Of a DNA stretch of 64,000 bases, positions 25,862 to 38,300 are shown one piece after another. Location of the stretch: positions 1 to 64,000 of the forward strand of contig NMRA01000221.1 of assembly GCA_002633005.1 (NCBI GenBank). Direction: 5' to 3'. This DNA comes from Phoronis australis (Eukaryota; Animalia; Phoronida). The translations under genes were made by a program, and so were the position numbers. The notes under the pieces were generated by a model. That model was given only the letters and a program-made list of their open reading frames with translations, was not told where the DNA came from and made no database searches. The stretch's first letter is position 1; the number at the start of each line of letters is the position of its first letter.

Positions 25862-28329
25862 GTGGTACTACTAAATACAATGATGTTTTTCGTTTTAAAA
25901 TTGCTTCAATTAAAACTACAGGTACTCCAATATCGTCCGCATTCGTCGCGATTCTGCTCGGGGATTCCATTGACAGGGAGTTTCCCGAGTACACATGACA
26001 ATGGAGATAAGTCTTTATTTTGACACATAAACGAGTAGACAAATACGAATTTTCTCATCTACAAACATTATAATTACCATTATCAAGAACTTAGTCCTAA
26101 CTGCTACAAAACTCATTCAAATAACAACAATGACGAAACGTTTTTCTTCGGTTTTTTTGGCGCGGATACGAACCGATATGATCTCGCGAGATGCAGCCTC
26201 ATCACCCGTTTTTCGCGGTATTTTGAAAATGGGATGTGCCATATGTGAAAGACTAGTCGCCAGCCGACTAGAGCGGCGTCTTTCGTGAAAATGGCATGCG
26301 CATGTAAACGTGTGTGGGTTTCCATTCTTTCAAGTTCAGTACACGTGCAGACGGTAAGTTCACTATAGAAAATCCTCCGTCGATGCAGACATTTAACTGC
26401 CATGGGTTCTTGCCTTAGGAAAACCCCAACGAGCATGTTCACAGTATTGGGGAAAAGTAGGTCTAGACCTTATAAAAACTTTGGTCAATGAAGAAAGTGT
26501 TTTTTGTCAACCCAGTGTCAATCGTGCACAGCCTGGCAGACTTCATACGGGCAACAAATTTGATGGGAATGGTTTCCAAAGCTACACGTCACTACTCCGA
26601 AAGCCCACTACTCCGAATAGTCGGTAGGCCAGATCTAATAGCGTTTANGGACGACATTTTTTGTTAGGGGGGAGAATGTGACGGGACGTTCGTAACTTTA
26701 TTGTTATTCTTATTTAGTTGCAAACGTTCAGTTATTCTTATGCTAATGTCTTTGTTGCGTCTCAGTGCGCCTTTGTTACGTGGGCATGTGCATGGGCGCG
26801 ACTGTATGTGTCGGGCACTTCGCTAGCGACAGGCTTAGAAGAAGGGTGTTTCCTTCCTTTGCTATCCTGGAAATTGATCGTTGTCATATGCAATTGAACT
26901 GAAACGTATGCTGATGAGAGGAAATACATATTTCTTATGTTCAGTGGAGACTTGCTCTGTTACACAATGCACCACAGTTTTGCAGCTAGTCTGTCATAGG
27001 TTACACATACGTCACAGCGCGTAAATTTGATGAATCCTAGCTACCGATTTCACCCGTTTCGGAGACCAGGTTTTAACTGCCGTAGGCTACAAAAAGAGTC
27101 CCCCTGGGCTCTTATTAGAGCGAATACGGTAGCCCTAATAGATGGTGACATCAGTGTACGAAACGATGATTTTTATTTAAATTAGCAGCAAGTTTGTGGT
27201 GACTGGCGCCAACGGCCGGGTGAACGAACTTCGGGCTTGGCGAGTAGATTTTCTGGCTCCGGCACTCGCCCAGCTGGCGAGCAGGGTTTTTCAAGACTAA
27301 AAGCCTGGGTATATCCCTGACTTCCACACTTTTTCAAAAGAGGGAAAACTACTAAGGAATGGCTGAGGAAGGTAAAAGTCTAGTTGCCGTAAGTATTGGT
27401 ATGTTTTTTGGAGATCGATTCAACATCAGACAACTTGATTTTTGGTAACGTTGATAAGTCTTTTGACCACAACACCTTGCAGGACGATGCCATGTTTGTC
27501 AAGGCGCCTCGTTTTCGATCAACACGACAACAGCGCCCTGCGTTCGTGAAAGAGGTGAATACAATACTGTGAATAAGCTGCTCAAAGCTTACAGTCACAC
27601 AAAGGAATGAAAAGGTGGAAGTTAAGTCTATTAACTTCTCTCAAAGTCAATCATTTTTCTCCATTCTTATTTTTTGGTGAAAGTATTTCATACAAAACAG
27701 ATCTGCTGCACATTTGTTAAAAGTCGTTTGCAAATAATAATTTTAAATATCGGTTTGCGTCAGGCGCGCTGTTTAAAACATAACTGCTGGATTATGTGAG
27801 CATCAGATGAAGGAGACAATACGGGAACTGGGCTATGTACAGTAAACACTTGTCTGCCATTGTTAAACTGGTAACGACAAGGCTGTATCCCGACTGGCCG
27901 ACCCGGCAGTCAGGATACTCAATCCACAGCATGGGCGCGTAACGGCTCTATCGATAGAGTTATTATTTTCAACGAAAGACCTTTTAACTTTGTCTCAGTG
28001 GTCGTGAACAATAAATGCATTTGAATATGCGCTCGTGCACATAGTAGGTCACGCATGGTAGTACTTAATTGGCATGTTTGCACTTGGTGACCACAGCATT
28101 AGATTTACCAATTCGAATAAAAAGTACAACTTCGTAAATAAACAATAGATGAAACTACTCTTTCTTGAACTTAACGATCTCATTGCTAAAACTTTGCTAA
28201 TTCTCTTCCCCATTACCGCAAATCTATACCGCTTTTTTGTTTCTGTGTCGTCGGTTCCTAAACCTGGAATCGTTTGTTATCGATGGAATACATCCGGGCC
28301 ATAATGTACATTAGCACAGAATTAAAGTT

Positions 28330-28995
28330 TGTCAGAATTTATACTGAGACAGTTATTATTTTTTTATTTTGTTGTTGTTTGATTGGCACGACCCCTGAGT
28401 TCAGTACATTGATGATGTAATTTGTTTACTAAAGTATAGTGTGGGACAATCTAGAAAACTCTAGCATGATAGTGATTAATGTAATCTGGAATATTCTAGA
28501 GACTATGTTTGTAGACTGATTGGGTAAATTCAGGAAAGGTCTAGAATGTGCTTGAATTGATGAAATGTTCTAGAACAATGCATTAGGCTATAAACACACA
28601 AGCACGGGTTGGTGTTAGTCAGTTAAAGTCAGTTAATCAGAAGTTAATCAGAAGAAAGGCAGTTAATCAGTTAAAGAGTTGCAGTGAAGAGAATCAGCAG
28701 TTACAGCGACAGTCACTAGAGAGCCAGCTATAAAGACAGCGGGTTATTGAATCAACGAGAGTAACAGTTGCTGAACGTGTCTCACAAGTTCATTACAAAT
28801 CAAGGCTTCGCAGCACTGGCTGGAGCATAAAACAGACATTACGTCTGACGTTTCGTTTGAGTAGGATTGTGAACGTACGGTCGAGTTTAATTATAGATTA
28901 ACTCGAACCAGTCTTCAGTTTATTGTCGCACCGAAAGCTATCAGGACCAGTCTGTAACAACCTGCGCCCACCCTTACACGGGGAAAAGCATGACA
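28330..28995 (+). mobile_element. Solo LTR
   Basis: TGTCA...TGACA with perfect TSD AAGTT (28325-28329, 28996-29000). Confidence 0.8.
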
Positions 28996-29362
28996 AAGTT
29001 CTTTATTTTGCGTTCACATTAAAGTAATACAGAAATTTCAATTATATTTTGGCGCCGTTGTCTGGAAATTTGCCTTCCGGCCCTGCACATTGAGAAAATA
29101 ACATTCAATTAAGACTGAAGGTAGCTTACTGAACAACCATTTTATTTCAGATTATAGACGCAAGTCAACAACATGAAAAAACGAGATATAGGGCGAAGAA
29201 CCAAATTCGTAATTTCTAAGGAACCATCAATTCATATGTTAAATTTTAAACCCTTGATACATGTAACCACCACCAGAGTTGATGTTATAACTTGAATGAT
29301 TTTTCCAGTTGGTAGGTCTACGTCGTAGCGTCAACGAATTTCTACCCAGGCTCCAGTTACTA

Positions 29363-32300
29363 TCACCATGCTGAAATAAAACATTTGAACATCGCTCAAT
29401 AATACGTATGTTTAGGGTCAACTTATAGAAAGGTCACCGATTGTGATTGATATTAAATGGATACCAACGCCTGTCTTCTTGTTCTTATATCACTAACACT
29501 TGCTAATTCATCATTGGCGTCAATCTTGAATGATAAAGACAGGAATCAACCGAAAATGCATCTTCTCTATCTCATAAATTGGATATTACGGTCCTTGGTG
29601 AGTGGTATTTTCCCACAGCTGCTGTGCAATTCGCTAAAACCGCAGTTCATGCTCTCTCATTTAGCCTTGAAAGGAGTTTTCAAATTTTCGTCTAAAACTT
29701 TTGAGGTTTCAGTGGCGAGGGTTTCAGCGAACTAGGGAGTCGTTTGGTATATCTTAATAGGCCAAACTGGATTTGGTGTCCTTTTAAGTCTAAAGACTTC
29801 GTGCTCATATGTAGTAGTGGTTTAGTCACAACAAATTACGTGTAGAAAAGCAAAATCACGGTTCGCTGAACAATTTCTAAAATGTTAATCATGATGAGCT
29901 CGTATTACCGATGATGAATTCAAAGCTGCAGCATAGATATCCGCACCGAGGATCACGCTTCCATACAGAATTAATATTCGTTTTAAACCACTCCAGGTTA
30001 CGGGCGTTGTATCGTGCTCAACATAATTGTCTCACTACCTAAATTATCTATTTTTGAACTATGTACAATTCTGAATCTCATACTCACGGCTATCATCATC
30101 AACTCTTTGCTCGTCGTAGTTCTTATCTCTTTTGCTCAGCGCTATTCTCATTTCATATGTATCAAGTACGCCGTTACCTGCAAGTACATGTACATATCAC
30201 AAAACATTAGGCCTACACGACAGCCATAAACCTACAGAAACGTCTAAAACAAACGGGTAGCCTATACTTTTTACAATGACATCATGCCGGCTTGAGATAT
30301 GAAACCCATGCAGTAACCTTAATTTGCATACAAAAATCCCAAAATTTCCTTTCCGTGGCTGTTGATTGGCTGCCATCTTCCTCAGTAATGACTACCACAA
30401 GGAGAAGATCTTGAAAAAATACGTTGTTAATAGGGCTAAGGGAGCCCTTATCTCAGTAATTTATATATCTTACCGTGTGATGTAAATAGACTCTAGTATT
30501 TTGTGTTTGTATAACAAGCCCGTAGCCAGAGTGGTTCGAACGAACCCCTCCTCTTGCGGAAAAGGTCCAGGACAAGTCTATCCGTTAAAGATAGGCTATA
30601 GATGGACAACAACGACAACGACAACTACAACAACAATGGTACTACTAAATACAGTGATGTTTTTCGTTTTAAAATTGCTTCAATTAAAACTACAGTTACT
30701 GCAATATCGTCCGCATTCGTCGCGATTCTGCTCGGGGATTCCATTGACAGGGAATTTCCAGAGTACACATGAAAAGGGAGATAAGTCTTTATTTTGATAC
30801 ATAAAGGAGTCGACAAATACGGATTTTCTCATCTACAAAGATTATAACTACCATTATCAAGAACTTAGTCCTAACTGCTACAAAACTCATTCAAATTACA
30901 ACAATGACGAAACGTTTTTCTGCGGTTTATTTGGCGCGGATACGAACCGATATGATCTCGCGAGATCCAGCCTCATCACCCGTTTTTCGCGGTATTTTCA
31001 AAATGGGATGTGCCATATGTGAAAGACTAGTCGCTAGCCGACTAGAGCGGCGTCTTTCGTGAAAATGGCATGCGCATGTAAACGTGTGTGGGTTTTCATT
31101 CTTTCAAGTTCAGTACACGTGCAGACGGTAAGTTCACTATAGAAAATCCGCCGTCGTTGCAGACATTTAACTGCCATGGGTTCTTACCCTGGGAAAACCC
31201 CGACGAGCATGTTCACAGTATTGGGGAAAAATAGGTCTAGACCTTATAAAAACTTTGGTCAATGAAGAAAATGTTTTTTTTGTCAACCCAGTGTCAATGG
31301 TGCACAGCCTGGCACACTTCATGCGGGCAACAAATTTGATGGGAAAGGTTTCCAAAGCTACACGTCACTACTCCGAAAGCCCACTACTCCGAATAGTCGG
31401 TAGGCCAGATCTAATAGCGTTTATTCTTGTGAGTACTTGGGGGGGCAACCTAGTTTTTTCTATGTGGCTAGATAATATACCTATAAATCAAATTCCAAAA
31501 AGTTCCTTCGTCTACACTTGCACATCTTTTAAAAAAGTGTGTTTTTGTTGCACAAAATATTATACACATTCCTGCCACTTGGTGGCGCTTTTCTATTGAA
31601 TTGACTAATCAGAGAGCCAGACTGTATTGTTGTGCTTAGTTACTTCAATATGGCAGCTCCCATGGAGTGTGATGCCTGTATAATTCAGGGTTTATCAAAC
31701 ATCACATAATTGTGATGCGAGAACCTGAAGAAGCTTAGAGAAGCATCCTGACGAAAGCTGATAGACTGTGGAATTCTGTAGACCAGTACATCAAAAAGAA
31801 GAGGTGTCACAAAGGTTTGTGCAGAAAACAGCTGCATGTCCTGGTATACCTTATACACAGTATACTGCTGTAGAAGACCAAGTGTCATACCAAAAATTGA
31901 AAGGACATAGAAATGCATAGCAACGTTTCAAGACACCAGCACTAGTACTGAAGCTGAAGCTGCTAAAAGTGATACAGATGTTATACAAAATTTCCCAAGA
32001 AAACCAATTAGACTTCCAAAATCTGAAACAACCAATTAACCTGAACACGATAGGAACATTCGGAAACATGAGTGCATCATTTGTTAGCAAGAAAAGTATA
32101 TTATGGACCATATTTCAAGAAGGAGAAGGAAGTAACATCTTCATAGCTTTGGTGTTTTCCAAATGTGTTTCAATATTATCACCATTTTTTTAACTTGTTC
32201 AGCCCCTTGGCTGCCTAAGCCTTAGACAATACCGCTGACCCGATAGAGACGGGGATCATATCATAGGTACTCCATATGGTGGACGCTTTTCGGCAAATTA

Positions 32301-35300
32301 TGCATCAGACTGGTTAAACCATAAGTCATGTTCCCATAAGTTAAGAATTAACGCGTAGAGAGATGCCTCTGAGGAGGCCGTTAATGTTTCCATTGTTCCC
32401 AGTTTAAACAAATACTCTTGCAATCGTGTTTTTTCGAACACTCCCTTCTTCAGTTGCCACATCGACACTGTTTGCGCCAGGGGATAATCATATGGCGTTA
32501 TACTGTGGGTTTGATTTTAAGCACTTTAAGTCAAAAATTTTTGAGAGGGTTAAATGGAGTAGATGGTTGCAACCAACATGCCCAAGTGGCCTTCATCCCC
32601 TGCCGTAATCCTGAGATAGGGGTAACCTCTTCTCAATTTTTTGTAAACATTAATTACTCAGGTAGCTGCAATGTTAATTAAATTAAAGTGCCTAAGTGAC
32701 CAGCGTCCTCGTCGTATTTTGCGGACGGTGGTCGCCACTGTCCATTTCGTCAAACGTTGATTACCTTACGTGTAAATCGATTGACTATGGTATAAGCATC
32801 TGATTTAAAAATTAAATTTCAATCACTGCACTGGTATATCAGCTGATTTATTTTCTGTTGCATCAACTAATCTAAATATTAGATGATCAACATTTTTAGG
32901 CAACTGATCAGACGGCATGTAAATTTGTTAGGCTGGTTGTAGATCAGTTCCTGATAAGTCCGTCTGAAAAATTTGCATGCCAACTCACTCACAGTTAAAT
33001 GTTAAATTAGTGTTAACAGTTCGGGTTTTTTCAGTTGGACTTGTATCGCTAGCAACAATTCAGTCCAGAGCCCTGAATGTGCAAATGAAATTCAAAGATA
33101 ATGACCTTGTGTATTAGAAGCCAAGTACCACAGATCATCATGCTATAAAAAAATAGAGAGACGAAGATTGTGAAGAGTGAACAAAACACAGTTTTCAGAG
33201 ATCTTTTTCTACAGTTTTGTTTGGAGTTCATTGAATCAAAGCTTCTAATACATGGAGATGTCATTTGCCTTTCAAATCTAAAGCAAGACTTTGAAGCTGT
33301 TCTTCAGAAAGCTGGTGTGCTTGAAGTTATTTGGACAGGCAATCTTAAGTAACGACTGTTGTAGTTTGTGCCTGACTAAGAGAAACGAAAGTGAATTAAG
33401 GCTGGTGTTCAATAATTCACTTGCTGACTCTTAATAACACAGCCCATTATAACATATTTTGAATTAAACGTTTGCTCAAATCCCGCCCGCCTCCAAACAA
33501 GGGCTTAGTGTTTGACCCTTCATTGCATGCGGGCCAATCACCAGTGTGCAGTGCTGTACCTTCTCTAATCGATCATAGTTGGCTCCTTGGCGGTGGAGCT
33601 TTGCAATTAAAATGTATGGCAATGTGCGCAGTTCCATTGACAGTACTAAACGATGAACGGTGCAAGTGCAAAAAGAACATGTGTGCTGGGAAACTTTTTT
33701 GCTGCAATGCTGGGTCAAACTGTGCAGAAATGTGGAGCTGTGACAACTGTAGTAACATCAGCAACACTGACTGCATAACATTGATAAAATAGACCTCCAA
33801 CCCCGTTATTTCGTTTTTTTGTATTAAAAAGTGAATTTTATTTGTTGATTAAGTCATAGAAAGTACATACTTTTGTAATTGTCATGTATTTATCTCATAC
33901 TGCTTGATAAACGCTGTCAGAATAATCTCAGTATTTTCATACAGTCTGTGTGCACATTCACAGAGATCATTCAAATACATTGTTTTTGTACTATAACGTA
34001 TTTCTGGTGTATTATGCAAACGAGATATATTTTACATCATTAGTCAATGGTTCAGTCATTGAGGCACAAATTTTGCCCAGTCTCAAGTGTTTTGTGCTAT
34101 TTTTGTTGCCAGACAATGCCAGAACAACCTCCTAATAACATTCAGACTTAGTTTTCATTTCTGCTACTAGGTTTCACTTTACATTTTTTAAATTTCACTG
34201 TTCTCAATTGGTGTACAAGAATAAAACATGTAATTTCAGTGTATTATTGTTCAATACAATGGCATTGATGGGACCATATTACTTGTTTTACAAAAAAGAT
34301 AGCAAAAACTGTTGTTTTTACAAGTATACTAGTTCTCTAAGCTCCATAGAGGTTACTATGTAATTTCAAACTCACGCAAAAATACAACCAGATAAAAACA
34401 TTCGTCAAGTCATTCTCAGACTAAAAAATTCTGTCCGAGTATGTAAGGTAGCGTAATCAATCATTGAAGCACGCTTGATTTGAAAGTTCGGCGGAAGGTA
34501 ACGCGAGGAAGTTCTCTTTCTGGACCAGATTACATACCCGAAGTTGAGTCCCATTCTTTACCAGCATCCGTCACAGCGTCCTCATTTCCGTCTCATCTCA
34601 GAACATAGAGCTCAGACTAACCGTTTTGTAAACAGATTTCCCTTCCCCATAATTAAGCTCCGTCAAGGGCCTTACTAACCTTTGATAAATATCATAGGTC
34701 TACTGCTCCAGAAAGTCGAACCACCCTGCGCAATGGTGGCTACGGGCCTGGCCTGGGGGAGAAGAAACGAAGCTATGCACTCTTTAGAGCGAGTGTAATC
34801 CACGTTTGTAATGCGGTCGTATGAACAGTGCATTACACACGCGAAGGTGAGAAAAGAGCGGCTTTGCTAGAGCCCTGTTGCATACAGATCAAATGTATGA
34901 TTTACTATAGCAGCCAAATCTTTACCTAAATAAATACATTGTATAAGCGCACGGATGTTAAGCAAAATTTACCATTCAGATCCATTTCTTTCAATTCATC
35001 ATCACTTGCACCCAGTGCTCGTTTAGCCAAATTCTCATCAATCTGAAACAGCGGAATGATACCAATTAAGTATTCATCACAGGGTAACTAATTTGTCCCC
35101 ACCGTCTCGGAATGCACTCGTTTTTAAACCTATAAGTTAATAGGGTAATGATTGATTTTGTAATCACCATAAGAAGATCTTTGCAACACTTCATTTCTAA
35201 CATTTTTGAAACGGATAACAGCCAAAATTTTCATATTAAGAAATTGCACTTTAAAAGTAAAGTTTAATTCAGTATACGATATGATGAAAGTTCATCATTT

Positions 35301-38300
35301 CTCGCAACGACCTTGAAAATGAACAAAGGTTGCCAAGTTCAACAAGCGACTAGTGTGCCTCACCTAGAACTTTCTAAAAACACGATGGACCAAGCGTAAA
35401 TTTTTCTTCATGGGGTATCGCGCGCGCTGAGAAAAGATTGTACCACGCTGTTTATTAATCAGTGTGTCAATTTTACGCTCCACAGATTACGCATTCCGAT
35501 AGAGTAGTGCATTTACCAATTTGCAAGGGTGAATCACGTTATGCATACAGTACATGTACCTATTAATGGACACTTGCGCGACCTGGTGTAGAAGTGATTG
35601 ACATCATAACTGTAATACTTTTCCTTTAGGTGTCAGGTTAACTAGGCCATCTTTACATAATTTCACGCCTCCTCTTGCTTTATTTGACTCAATTCAACGA
35701 GCGTCGATTAAACGGCTTTGACGTTGCCGAAAACGGTAGTAACGTGAACTTGTGAGCCCAATACTTAAAATTGACACTGTGCAAAATTTGAAGAGCCTCA
35801 GGCCCGTAGGAAGGCAAATTTTTTTGGGGGGACAGACCATTTCGCCTTCGCAACCCCCCCCCATCGCCACCACCTCCACTACCCTCCCTCGCCCCTGTGC
35901 TCCCGTATTTTTGTACCGAATCTCTTACATCCCCCTAGGTGGGGGACACAGTGGCGGATTTAGGGGTGGCCAAGGGTCCATGGTTCCCCTAAAATTCTCC
36001 CAGATTCCATTTGGAAGCCGGTTCGGGAGTGCGAATTTCTGACGGGTAAAACCCTGGGTAATACTCTGCCCTGCCCCCCAACTCAAAATCCTGGATCCGT
36101 CCCTGGGACAATCCTGGGGATGAAACCATCAAGAGTTGAATATCCTTGAACCAACACGGAGAGTAAGAATGGGCCTAGGGCCAGTACAGATCTTTCCTTG
36201 AAGAATTTTTTTGAAAACGTGAGGTCCCGAAGTCCCTGGTACATGTATAGTGCCTCTGGGCTGTTTCAAAATGCCTACTTGAAACGCTAGGGGTAGTCCA
36301 GTTTCTGGTGGCTGGGGAAAAAGATAGTGTGTCCCAGAAATGTACACACTTTCTGAACGCCTGAAGTTCAAATTCAATTCTCGTGGATCACTGAGATTCT
36401 GCGCGGGTCAACTGCATAGTTACATGTACATCTTATTTTTAACGTTGGTACATCAGTCATTACTTGCATGCAAATAAGGACAAGCAATCAATTCAGTTTT
36501 GAAGAACAAAAATTCATTGTTCAATACGTCTACTGGACCTAAAAACACCAAGGAAGTGCAAAGACAGCATTTCCAAGTAATGAGTTTAATATTATTTATT
36601 TAATTATTTTAAAACGATTTTTCTATCTACAGTTTGTGAGTCCGAATTTCATCAATGTCTTTGAGAGTTATTTTAGATATGCAAAGATCGTCTATAAGTG
36701 TACGTTACTATTTGGGGATCGAATTTTATAGTTTTTCCAACTTCAGGCTGCAATTAAATTCACTAAAACATCACCAATTCTTACAAGATAAGGTTCTAAT
36801 TGTCAAAAATCCTCTATGAATCTATCAATTTTTGTTGATACATAAACAAGTAAATGAGAACTCAAAGAATCTGTTTATCAAAACGGAATACTATAAGCAA
36901 TTTCATGCTTGCAGACATTTGACGGGTAATCGGGGAAATATGGGAGATGCGGCATTCGTATTAAGGTGTTTTGCTCCTTTCATAGGTACCTATAATGGTT
37001 CACGAGGTAAACTTGAACTCCACTGACAAAATAACGCTGAACTCTTTCTTTATGATTGCGAGGGTTCTTTGAGTACCCCTTTTCGACATGTACACGGCCA
37101 TCACAAATAGTAGCCTAAATTGCAGTGTTTTCCACATGTGGGAATTACTTACTAATAACTCATAGTAAACATTCTCAAAAGAGATATTATTCTTGTGATA
37201 CTACGGAAAACAGCAACATTATTTTCTATCTAAACGTCGGATATAGTCCTTTTGTGTAATTTCCAAATAGTGGTGTTCACGTTCATCAAAATTCCACCCT
37301 TTCGATGGTGGCAATCCTACGGTATTTTTCCGAATTTTTGGTTGTTTGGGTCGAATGGCTGGGCTGCGCACGGATGTTTTGTGTTGTTTGATGAATTTGA
37401 AATCTCAACGTCCATCATGAATACTTCTAAGTTTCGGTTTTACATGTATAGAGGGACAAAGGGACATTTCCCCCGAACTGCTCCACCGAGAGAGAGGGTA
37501 TCGTCTGAAATTGAACACCTTAAGATCAAAGGCTAAAGAGCATTAAGCTTGCAAAAAGAGTGACTGTGCATTCCAACGTCGCCTGGTCCCAAAACGATGC
37601 AGGGAGTGACCTCCTTCAACATGAAAGCCGGTTGCACGATTTCACAAAAATCAGGAAAATAGAGGTAATCGATTCCAACATTGGGCCCTCTCTTCGTTAA
37701 CCGACCCTTAAGAATTTGTCACTAAAAACACAAACAGGGGGCCCACTTGAATGTCATCAATGGCCTTTTTCAAGGGTGGGACCCCTCAATATGAAAATGT
37801 AATATTTTCAAATATCAGGAAATGTGCAACAATTCATGTTATCTGTCAGGTCATCAATTTTTCTCAAGTAATAACATACAGTTTCGAGAAAAAATAAAGC
37901 GAAAGTTGTCTCCGTTATCCCTGGCCAGAGAGGAGCATATGGAAAATTATAGTTGTGCAGTAGCAAAATTGACTTATTGAATTTAAAATTCCAGTACGCT
38001 CCGCAAAAGCTTCGCTTTACAAATTTTCTCGATTTTTCAAAATATATGTATTATTGATTTCGTGCACGTTTTCAAATGCGTTTAGATGACAACATCCTGG
38101 CCAGGGTCGTCAAAAGGTAAACCAAGCACTGATGCAGAGTTGTTAAATGTTCTCTTGAATTTTCTCCCTTATCCGTATTTCGCACTCTTTCTTTACTCAA
38201 CTGTCCCGGGTCCCACGCCTATGTCTGTTGCCACGGTTTAAAAATTGGGCCCAACCGCTTCCTACGGCTGCCTGCCTCTATTGCAACAAAAGTATTAGCC

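Larger units (their letters stand above)
20491..26647 (+). other. Probable uncollapsed alternative haplotype contig
   Basis: Bounded by single Ns (20490, 26648); equals 17826-20101 joined to 27561-31423 without the intervening transposon. Confidence 0.8.
20263..27319. mobile_element. Nested hAT-like element interrupting the THAP remnant (also split by the gap)
   Basis: TIR CAGGGATATAC / GTATATCCCTG; near-perfect 6-bp TSD CCTTCC/ACTTCC; related GGCGAG-rich subterminal motifs at both ends. Confidence 0.6.
20102..27558 (+). mobile_element. ISL2EU-type non-autonomous transposon split by the assembly gap (real sequence 20102-20489 and 26649-27558)
   Basis: TIR TCACCTATTTCACGAA / TTCGTGAAAGAGGTGA with AT TSD (20100-20101, 27559-27560). 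THAP start MVYCAVPERTNSS..VSF at 20202 resumes HTFSKE..EWLRKVK after 27325. Convergent ORF start MASSCKVLWSKDLSTLP at 27493. Empty site at 22769-22770. Confidence 0.75.
27561..31423 (+). repeat. Segment repeated at 22771-26647 (probable allelic copy)
   Basis: Colinear near-identical sequence; the other copy ends exactly at the N at 26648. Confidence 0.9.

Noticed and set aside
29457-29735. Plus-strand ORF with signal-peptide-like start (MDTNACLLVLISLTLANSSLA) and a GTGAGT donor
   Set aside because: The other haplotype has TTG in place of ATG (24656), no downstream exons were found, paralogue region B lacks it, and it is antisense to gene A.
25306-30177. Splicing the two copies of symmetric exon 4 together would create a second valid EF-hand loop (DDSRNGVLDTYE)
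   Set aside because: The second copy lies in the N-bounded segment best explained as the alternative haplotype; revisit only if long reads show a true tandem duplication.
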